From a virus (taxonomy: Duplodnaviria > Heunggongvirae > Uroviricota > Caudoviricetes), in the IMG/VR virus record IMGVR_UViG_3300045988_187204: 43,880 bases of DNA. One strand, given 5' to 3'. Each line of letters starts with the position of its first letter. Within the stretch, counting starts at the first letter, position 1. Both the position numbers and the translations under genes were made by a program. Shown here in pieces: positions 36,627 to 43,880 of this stretch. The notes under the pieces were generated by a model. It was not told where the DNA came from. It saw only the letters and a program-made list of their open reading frames with translations, and did no database searches.

Positions 36627-37652
36627 TTATGCGAACTGATTTAAAGCATCCAACACTTGATCTGAGCAGAAATCCTCGACCTTGGTGTCATCGACAGCAG
36701 TGTGCGTGTCGCCACCAGGCTCTCCCTCCAGATCCTTCACTTTATCCTTCAGGTCATCTCTCTCCTTTTCGAGATTCTTGACCTGAGTCTCTAACTCCTT
36801 CTTCTCATCCTTGACCTTCTGAAGCTCTGTGTCTTTGTCGGTCACGGCCTTGGAGTCGGCAGCAATCTTATCCTCCAGCTTCTGCATCTGCTCCTGAGAG
36901 ATGGTGCAGTCCTTGGCTGAATCCTCTGCCTCAATGCCCTCGATGTTGAGGACATTGTTGATGTGAGTCCATTTTTTAATCATATTAATAATTTTGTTTT
37001 GAGATTTATCTTTACCGAAAATTCGGTCGATGAAGCTTGGCTTTTTATCATACCAAGAGTTGACGACCTCAGGGAGCACCGGAAGGTTGTTGTACTTGAT
37101 GAAGTCTTGTGTCTGCTCTGTGATGTCAGCAGGTTTGCCATCCATGGACTCATCGACGAGACCCAGTTCGATGCACTCATCGACGGTGTGCCACTTTGCC
37201 TCGGACATCACCTTGACGATGTCCTCGTGCTTCTTGCCCGAGCGATCGCAGTAAACGTTGGCGATGATGTTGTCGATTTTCTGCTGGTTCTCTTGCTGTT
37301 TTTGAAGCTGCTCGATGAGCGAGCCTATCTGCTCCTCGTTGAGCGCAGACCACACAAACTGCTCGGTAGAGCACTTGTGTACCAGGAGCAAGCTATATTT
37401 GCTCATGCGAATCTTGCTGGCACCCATCGCACAGATGGTGGCAGCAGAGGCAGAGAAGCCCGCCTGGAAGTCAACGGTCACATCGCCATGGGACTTGAAC
37501 ATCTGGCAGATGGCGAGACCTGCGGAGACCTCACCACCCAAGGAGTCGATGGCAACATCGACGTGCTTGTCTTTGTTAGCCTTGAGAATGTCGCGGACCA
37601 TGAGTTTTGTCCACGAGCCAATATATCCAGTGATAGAAATTTGGTACTTCAT
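36627..37652 (-). CDS. Prohead serine protease (ClpP/S49-like) fused to a C-terminal scaffold-like coiled coil
   Basis: 341-aa ORF, ATG at 37652; …DSLGGEVSAGLAI… and …FSASAATICAMGAS… resemble Clp-type protease active-site regions; K/E/D-rich C-terminal coiled coil. Confidence 0.6.
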   Translation of the reverse strand: MKYQISITGYIGSWTKLMVRDILKANKDKHVDVAIDSLGGEVSAGLAICQMFKSHGDVTVDFQAGFSASAATICAMGASKIRMSKYSLLLVHKCSTEQFVWSALNEEQIGSLIEQLQKQQENQQKIDNIIANVYCDRSGKKHEDIVKVMSEAKWHTVDECIELGLVDESMDGKPADITEQTQDFIKYNNLPVLPEVVNSWYDKKPSFIDRIFGKDKSQNKIINMIKKWTHINNVLNIEGIEAEDSAKDCTISQEQMQKLEDKIAADSKAVTDKDTELQKVKDEKKELETQVKNLEKERDDLKDKVKDLEGEPGGDTHTAVDDTKVEDFCSDQVLDALNQFA

Positions 37653-37675
37653 ATATCTTTGCGATTTTTACGGCG

Positions 37676-37683
37676 CAAAGATA
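37676..37683 (-). promoter_or_regulatory. Putative -7 promoter element, part of an inverted repeat immediately upstream of the protease gene
   Basis: + strand ATATCTTTGCG (37654-37664) and CGCAAAGATAT (37675-37685) form an inverted repeat; TATCTTTG in - strand sense about 24 nt upstream of the ATG. Confidence 0.3.
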
Positions 37684-37712
37684 TATAATAATGTATAAGG
37701 ATAAAAAAACTT

Positions 37713-38132
37713 TTATTGGATGATTTGGAGCGGTTTTATCACGTCAGACCATGTCACGGTATAAGTGATGAGCGATGAGTCTGTGTGCGAGCTTGGCATA
37801 TTTTCGGTGCGAGTGAGCACCGGGAAGGGACGCTGGTCTCTGCCCAGAAGATAGGCGCACCCATCGGCGGTAGTCACCTTGTAGGCGAGCGGGTGAACCT
37901 CTGAGTCTATCTGCTCGCTCGACTTGAAGGTGAGCTTTGAAGTGAAAATGCGAACCTTGGACTCAATTTTGTCGGTGATTTCACAACTCGACGGCATTTT
38001 GCACTTTATCTGCTGGAAGACTGCACTTGCAGGAATGATGCAAAGATTTTTGGCTGGGAAGATGACAGCCTTGAGGTCATCGGCTCTCACGACCTCAATC
38101 TTGATGATGTTTTTGATGTATGACATAAGCAT
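37713..38132 (-). CDS. Hypothetical protein
   Basis: 139-aa ORF, ATG at 38132. Confidence 0.4.
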   Translation of the reverse strand: MLMSYIKNIIKIEVVRADDLKAVIFPAKNLCIIPASAVFQQIKCKMPSSCEITDKIESKVRIFTSKLTFKSSEQIDSEVHPLAYKVTTADGCAYLLGRDQRPFPVLTRTENMPSSHTDSSLITYTVTWSDVIKPLQIIQ

Positions 38133-38211
38133 GAAAATTTATCTTTTTGTTTGGAATCGACGGATATTTCGGTTTTGTTCGGAGTTGTTTGCAGAGACGG
38201 AAAAATTTGTA

Positions 38212-38796
38212 TTAATCTTTGCTAAATCTTGTTGTAGATATTAAATTTACGCCTCTTTTTGCGTGTTGATCACGCATTCTGTAGAAACATTGGCGTACGG
38301 TATCCTCGTAATCGATGCCAATGCCATGCTGTTCGCACCATGCCGAAATGAGCGATGAAAGCTTGCATGAGCGGTCGGCGATGTCTTTGAGCGAAGCCCA
38401 GAGATCCATCTTGAAGAGGTCGGAAATCATCTCTTTGACGGCACGTCTGGCACGTGGCCCGAGGTAGTTGTACTCTCGCACAGGCTTAGCCTTGGAGTCA
38501 GGCAGCTCGATGGCAAGATACTCTTCGGGATGGGTGAGCCATCGGCTCTGCTCGAACTCCTCGTCGTGGAAGGTATGCTTGACACTTTGGTGCAGTTGGC
38601 TGGCATCAGCCTGCTGCATCTCTTGGATGTTCTCTTGGTCGATAGGCGATAGGTTGACAACGGGAGGTCTGCTGGTGAACTTGCGGAGCACAGCCACCTC
38701 GTTGCCGATGGCAGGGAAGACCACTGGGTTGCCATAAGCTCGGTAAGCCCATTGTCTGATGTGGGTAGGAACTTTGATGTAAACAATTGGATTCAT
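38212..38796 (-). CDS. Hypothetical protein
   Basis: ORF track 38212..38808 starts at TTG; first in-frame ATG at 38796 (MNPIVYIKV…); CAAAGATA -7-like element at 38817-38824. Confidence 0.4.
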   Translation of the reverse strand: MNPIVYIKVPTHIRQWAYRAYGNPVVFPAIGNEVAVLRKFTSRPPVVNLSPIDQENIQEMQQADASQLHQSVKHTFHDEEFEQSRWLTHPEEYLAIELPDSKAKPVREYNYLGPRARRAVKEMISDLFKMDLWASLKDIADRSCKLSSLISAWCEQHGIGIDYEDTVRQCFYRMRDQHAKRGVNLISTTRFSKD

Positions 38797-38940
38797 ATAG
38801 CTATGCAATTTTCGTGCAAAGATACAAAGAAAATTTGAAATAACTAACGATAATCGGTAAAAACTAACTTTTATCAGTAAATTTGGTGTGATATAATTTC
38901 GTCCGAAAAGTTTGTATTTTTGTATCGTACAAACAAGGCT

Positions 38941-39190
38941 CTGTAACTAGCTGATAATCAATACTATTTTTGTGATACAATTTTCTGATACAGAAATTGT
39001 AACTCTTTAGCTTTTGTAACTTGGGGTTTTGTCGAGGTCGAAGACCTGTAGGAGAAGGGGCTTGTTACAAACTTGAAAAACTTTGTAACCGAGTTGTAAC
39101 GCAACTTTGTAAACATCGGCATGGCGGCTTAACTCACTCTTTTTTAGTTATTTACATCTTTTGCTAACATTATGTTACAGAGTTACAAAG
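38941..39190. repeat. Iteron-like array of TTGTAAC / GTTACAA heptamers (candidate replication origin or multi-site operator)
   Basis: TTGTAAC at about 38997, 39014, 39083, 39094 (plus TGTAAC at 38942 and TTGTAAAC at 39107); GTTACAA at about 39064 and 39183; small palindromes TTGTA-tcg-TACAA and TTGT-gat-ACAA nearby. Confidence 0.45.
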
Positions 39191-39334
39191 GATTTGTATA
39201 AAATAAAAGAAAGGGGTGTGGGGAAAACGATGGCACGGGGCGTGAAGGAGGTTAGAAAAGGCCCATCGAGACACCCAGGACACCCCCATTGGCCAATGGA
39301 GGGGTAGCGAGACGAAACATCGCCCATGGCAACG

Positions 39335-39369
39335 AAAAAAGGGAGCGACGGCCAATGCGCATCGCTCCC
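39335..39369 (-). terminator. Intrinsic terminator (- strand) downstream of the primase-helicase gene
   Basis: Stem GGGAGCGA (39341-39348) / TCGCTCCC (39362-39369), then six U on the - strand (+ strand AAAAAA at 39335-39340). Confidence 0.45.
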
Positions 39370-39501
39370 TCGTAACATGGGAAAAGAATTATAAATCAGC
39401 AAAAATCTGCCTATGAAATCAGCCCTCGTCTGCTTGCAAAAATAGTGAAAAATTGCTTGAAAATTTAGCCGAAAATATTTGCATAATTCAGATATTTTTT
39501 G

Positions 39502-39509
39502 TACCTTTG
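39502..39509 (+). promoter_or_regulatory. Putative + strand promoter facing into the 3' end of the primase gene (antisense)
   Basis: TTTG at 39478-39481 and TACCTTTG at 39502-39509, 20-nt spacing; same GTACCTTTGCAC 12-mer as the tRNA promoter. Confidence 0.35.
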
Positions 39510-39550
39510 CACTATAACTTGGGGCTATCTATTCTATTATATATGGATGG

Positions 39551-42504
39551 CTAGAAAGGTTTATCACTATCTTTATCTACCTTGCTCCAGTCAATGGTAG
39601 ATTGATATTCACCCCCAGCTGCAGGGACATCAGCCTTGGCAGCTTGTTTATCCTCTTTTTTATCATCACTCTTCTTGCTTCGGAGATAGATCATCTCGAC
39701 AGGGCTGCCGTCTGGGTTAGCTGGATCGCGTCTGATGATGCGGTGCTGGCTGTTGCAGAGATCAGCTGGGTTCAGCTCTTGGATGTATGGACACAGCTCG
39801 ACGAAGGCTCTGAGCTTTTTGGTGAAGCTCTGTGTGGTCGCCTTGTTGATGCCTGAGAACTGCTTGAAGTCATTGAACGCACGCTCTCTCACGATAAATG
39901 TATCGAGTCGCTCGCTCTCTTCTGAGAAGTAGGATGCAGCCCAGTCTTCGAAGTTGACACCCATGTCGGCCTTGAACTTGCGCTTGATGATGTTATCCAT
40001 CGGTGGCATGATCTTGATAGGTTCGCCAGCCAAGGAGAGATAGAAACGACAGCACTGCAGGAAAAAGTTGATGTCAGCATTCCACTCATCCTCAGTGTAT
40101 GTCTTTGAGAAGAGATCTTCGTCGAAGTCATCACGGATGCTTCGGGTCTCTTGGTAATCATTCTCCTCTGTGCGCTGATGGTAATAGTCGGAGAACACCA
40201 TATAGAGCAGTCTCGCCTCTGAGGAAGGGTCGAAGTCTGCCGGCACGTAGTTGGTGGTGAAGGCAATCTTCGGGCTATCCTCGAAAGGAATTGTGAAGCT
40301 CTGGTTGTTCTTTGGGTTGACTGTCATATCTGAAGTAATGTTATCGTAAAATAAACCTGTGTTGAGATAGCGGTCACAGTCATCGAGGAGCAGCATCTGG
40401 GTGTGCTGTGTCACCTGATCGAAGACGTGTGGGTTGTCCATCAGCTTAGGGTTGCGTCCGGAAAGCTTGACTGTTTTCATCAGCAGTGAAAGCGTCTTGA
40501 AGAAGAAACTCTTACCGGAACGGCCGTTGCACTCGTTGTTTTCACCAATCTTGTTGTCCATCGCCATCGGAGCCCAAGCCCTGGATGGTGCCTTGTAATG
40601 ATGGAGCATGTAGCCGAAGGTGAAAATCTTGTTTATCAAGTTCTGCTTTTGCTCTTGTATCTCGTTGTCGGCAAGCCCTTCGCCAGCGATGTCGAAGAGG
40701 TGTGCCTTGTGGTATGCCTCTTTCTCCTCGATGCTCTTGTCCTCAAAAGCATACTCTAGCTCTTTGCGCCAGTAGGTGCGAGAGGCGTTGATGAGATAGC
40801 CGAAGAAGTGGGACTTCACGTTCTTGACCTCGATGTCGAACTTCGGCCTGCCATCCTCGTCGATGGTTCGTGTGATGGAGAACATGTCATCCAACTTCTT
40901 GAAGTTGTGGTTGATGACATTCTCTTGCCAAACATAGTTTTTGAGCGAGCTGCCCTCACGCTGGTACTCGTTTAGTCCATCTTTGGTGACCTCGACGCTG
41001 ACACGAGGGAAGAAGAACAACTGCGAGTGGTTGGTGTAGCTGGTGAAGTCTAGCGTAATCTCTTGGAGCGAGTCGAGCGCCGATGCCGACAGCTTTGGCG
41101 TGTTGAGCACCAAGTTAAGGATGTCACGCTTCTCAGCTCTCTCGATGACCCATTGGCGGCAGAACTCACGGATGTCTCTCGTGGTGATGAGCTTGACGAT
41201 GTTGCCCGTGATGCGAACATATTTGGTGATGGTCGAGTTGTCATCGTGCAAGGTATAGAAACCATTGAGACGAAGAAAATTGTAGAGGCACGCCGTGTCG
41301 ATGTAGTGGTCCCAGGTGTTAGCCTTTTTGTTGAGCTTGCTCACCCAAAATCGGGCTGGCATCGCCAGTGTCATGAGGTTGCGGAAGTCTTTGCGAGTAT
41401 TGCGCAGCTCCATCCAGTCTCGCAGGTCTTTGCGCCCCTTGCCACGGTTGTCGTGGTAGGTGCGAAGCCAAGAAGGCAACCATATCGTATGGATGTCGAT
41501 GAAGCGCAGGGCAAGCTCTGTGCCCTTGGCGATGCCCGTCTCGTCGATGTCGGGTATATTGTAGAGCACCTCGACATACTTCATAATCTCTCGGTACTCC
41601 TCGTCGCTGAGCTTGTAGGTCTCGGAGTTGAACCATAACGGGTTGTAGCCCATGGAACGGCAGCAGAGACTGTCACGCTCGCCACTGCAGATGAAAGCCT
41701 CGGGAAGTTTCTTCTCCTTGTAAGGCTTGGACTCGTCTGTGTTGGTCTTGTTGTACTCAGCCTCTTCACGGCGGTTGAACTCGTGATAGGCAGCCTTCAG
41801 CTCAGCTAGGCCATTGATGTATTGCTTAGGCTTGATGCCGTCTGGGGTGTAAGAGAATCGCCACTGCTTTTGGTAGTTGAGAGGCTCATATATCTTGTAG
41901 AACTTAACCTCAGGCTTGTCGCCTTCAGCTGGGCGAACCAAGCACTCACGCATAAAGATAGGGTAGTGCTCGTTGCTGTGCTTAATCTTGACCTTGCGGT
42001 CTTTGACGTATCCTATCCACTTGGCGGAATGCCAGTTGAGTGCATCGACGTGCTCTTGCTTGACGTTTGGACCCAGTACCTTCAGTTCATCCTCGGTGAA
42101 CTTCTCGTTCAGCTCGAAAGGTCTGGTACCATCTTTCTCGTTGATGGTGGCATCACGCTCTGTGAATGTAGGCTTGTTGACCTCTTTTTTGAGTTCATCG
42201 CTAACGTTGTATTCGGAAGCCAGTCTCAGGATGGCATCAGGAAAGCGGTCGATGCACTTCTCTCTCATGTAGAGGTCGATAGGTGACTCGGCAGAGCCGT
42301 CGCCGCCGAAGTCAGTCACTCGCCAGCAGTCTTTGAACTTTTTGAGACTGCAGGAAGGTGTTTTCTCATTGCGGATGGCAAAGTGCTTTTTAGGCGTGCC
42401 AGTCGTGCAATATTTCTGGACGCATTCTTTTGCGTCCGGGTATAGTGAGATGATGATGTCGAGACCATCATCTGTAGCTTGATAAATTTGTTCTGCTTTG
42501 ATCA
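39551..42504 (-). CDS. DNA primase / SF3-type helicase (P4/D5-like replication protein)
   Basis: ORF track 39551..42535 starts at TTG; first in-frame ATG at about 42504 (MIKAEQIYQ…); C-terminal half has Walker A …NECNGRSGKSFFFKTL… and Walker B …QMLLLDDCD…. Confidence 0.7.
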
Positions 42505-42567
42505 TAATTCTTTTCCATTGTAAATTTGCTTGCAAAATTATTGCAAAGCGAGTTCAAAACAAAATAC

Positions 42568-42687
42568 TTATTTTTTGTCGCATAGAGCCTTTGGCTCATA
42601 CTCGACGTATCTGTGGAGAGGGTGGCAGTATCTGCCATTGATGCAGTTGCTGCCATCCTCGCACTTTTGGCATTTAATCGGTGGCAT
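42568..42687 (-). CDS. Possible 39-aa Cys-rich micro-protein (zinc-ribbon-like), not in the ORF track
   Basis: Hand translation MPPIKCQKCEDGSNCINGRYCHPLHRYVEYEPKALCDKK; ATG at 42687, stop at 42568; between the 103-aa gene and the primase gene. Confidence 0.25.
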   Translation of the reverse strand: MPPIKCQKCEDGSNCINGRYCHPLHRYVEYEPKALCDKK

Positions 42688-42985
42688 CGACTTTTATATC
42701 AAAAGTGTCGTTGTGTAGCAACATCTTGGTATGAACATAAATTGGTTTTTGTTCATCCTCATCCCATCCAACCTCTCGGAAGTCTCTGCCATCGATATAG
42801 CATTCGGTGGCGTATCCTTTGTCGGTCCACTCTACGATATGGTCTTTGTCGAACTCGTCTCTTGCTGGCACTGTAGCCAGAACACGAGTGCCAAACTTGC
42901 TGTAGCTAATCTCGTGTATAGTGACGTTAGGGTATTTCTCGATGATTGCCTCCTCGATAGATTTTGTCTTAGTCTTCTTTTTCAT
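42674..42985 (-). CDS. Hypothetical early protein
   Basis: 103-aa ORF. Confidence 0.4.
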   Translation of the reverse strand: MKKKTKTKSIEEAIIEKYPNVTIHEISYSKFGTRVLATVPARDEFDKDHIVEWTDKGYATECYIDGRDFREVGWDEDEQKPIYVHTKMLLHNDTFDIKVDATD

Positions 42986-43175
42986 TGTTCTTCATTCTGA
43001 ATTTAACAATACCTGCCACGATGCCGTCTTCTTGGTCATCGTAGAACATATTTAAATCTGTTGTGCCCTTATGGAGTGTACCATAGGACACGTCAACGGC
43101 AACGCTGGCATCCTCGAAATCTTTGAGGATGGCTTGAAGCTGTTTGCTGTTGCATCTGACTGTCATTTTTCCCAT
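42969..43175 (-). CDS. Hypothetical small early protein
   Basis: 68-aa ORF. Confidence 0.35.
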   Translation of the reverse strand: MGKMTVRCNSKQLQAILKDFEDASVAVDVSYGTLHKGTTDLNMFYDDQEDGIVAGIVKFRMKNNEKED

Positions 43176-43381
43176 GATCCATCATTGATAATTTGCTCGA
43201 TGACCTCTCTGTCGATGGCACGCCAAGTATTGGTGCGCATCTTATTGTAGATGGTGTTCTGGCTCATCTCTAGCTTTAGCTGCAGTGTGGCCATGAACTT
43301 GCTTCTCTTTTTGCGTGGTATCTCATTATACCATGCGAGGATGATATTTTCATCATCATTTTTTTTGTTTTTTTCTTGCAT
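43163..43381 (-). CDS. Small basic DNA-binding-type protein (Cro/excisionase-like candidate), first gene of the leftward operon
   Basis: 72-aa Lys/Arg-rich ORF divergent from the HTH regulator; TAACTTTG -7-like element at 43410-43417 (- strand sense). Confidence 0.4.
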   Translation of the reverse strand: MQEKNKKNDDENIILAWYNEIPRKKRSKFMATLQLKLEMSQNTIYNKMRTNTWRAIDREVIEQIINDGSWEK

Positions 43382-43502
43382 ATTCCAATATTTATTATTA
43401 ATTTTGTTGCAAAGTTAGTAATAAAAATCGGAAAATACTAACGAAAGTAAGTAAAAACACCTATGATAATAGGTTAAATATTATTAATTAAATTAGGTAA
43501 TT

Positions 43503-43880
43503 ATGTTTAATGGTCAGATAATCAGAAAGTTAATGTCGGATGCTGGCTTAACTAAAAAAGAGTTTGAAAGACGTATGTTCGGTAGTAAATCGACCGACCT
43601 CAACCATTTGGAAAAAGCGAAGAATCTTCGCAGTGACACTCTCGAACGTCTGCGTGAGGTGTTGAAGTGCTCTATGGATGACTTCTTTACAGCACCCTCA
43701 TGGGCTGAGAACGGAAAGGGGACAGTCGTAGGCTCTAACAATGTGCTGTCAACAGTAGCCATCGGCAACGAAGTGATGGAAGCCCAATATCTCAAGGAGT
43801 TGCTCTTGGAGAAGGACAAACGCATCAGCACTTTGGAAAATTATATCAAGCTTCTGGAGACTAACTTAAATAAGGACTAA
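43503..43880 (+). CDS. XRE-family helix-turn-helix transcriptional regulator (prophage repressor candidate)
   Basis: 125-aa ORF ending at the window edge with stop TAA; N-terminal …IRKLMSDAGLTKKEFERRMFGS… is HTH-like; on the + strand like the integrase, opposite to all lytic genes. Confidence 0.55.
   Translation: MFNGQIIRKLMSDAGLTKKEFERRMFGSKSTDLNHLEKAKNLRSDTLERLREVLKCSMDDFFTAPSWAENGKGTVVGSNNVLSTVAIGNEVMEAQYLKELLLEKDKRISTLENYIKLLETNLNKD

Larger units (their letters stand above)
680..43880. mobile_element. Integrated temperate phage (prophage) with left junction at or near the tRNA-Met 3' end; continues beyond the right window edge
   Basis: tRNA-adjacent tyrosine integrase; terminase, capsid protease, tape measure, holin/endolysin, primase-helicase, HTH repressor; att core and right junction not identified. 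Confidence 0.7.

Noticed and set aside
39602-39856. 84-aa + strand ORF downstream of the 39502 promoter-like element
   Set aside because: Lies antisense within the 3' end of the primase-helicase gene; more likely an antisense transcript, if anything, than a protein.
1-43880. CRISPR arrays, rRNA genes, additional tRNAs or a second VR copy
   Set aside because: No regularly spaced direct repeats or rRNA-like sequence seen; no other protein C-terminus shows the GFRVCLRGAN…CGLS motif. This was a by-eye scan, so a divergent second VR cannot be excluded.

Overview
The window is almost entirely one integrated temperate phage of a Bacteroidota host (promoters match the Bacteroides-type TTTG / TAnnTTTG consensus and start codons lack Shine-Dalgarno sequences). 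Left edge: a partial lytic-transglycosylase-like gene, a tRNA-Met(CAU) gene and a tyrosine integrase on the + strand. Everything else except the right-end HTH repressor (+) runs on the - strand: regulators and a P4/D5-type primase-helicase (39.5-43.9 kb), an iteron-rich ORF-free region, prohead protease/scaffold and putative major capsid, terminase large subunit, an accessory block (PRTase-domain protein, RadC/JAB protein, unknown small genes) flanked by long ORF-free DNA, a long virion/tail-fibre cluster, a lysis cassette, a tape-measure protein and a terminal tail gene. The standout feature is a complete diversity-generating retroelement (DGR) at 11.3-14.9 kb: a target gene with a C-terminal variable repeat, a template repeat, and a reverse transcriptase. 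TR and VR differ at 12 internal positions (14 counting two at the repeat edge), every one at a template adenine. The RT lacks a canonical YxDD box (it reads FMDN), and no Avd-like ORF is evident. Functions are inferred from motifs read by eye and from gene order, with no database searches. Coordinates follow the ORF track; some track starts are alternative start codons, and I refined starts only where I checked an in-frame ATG.
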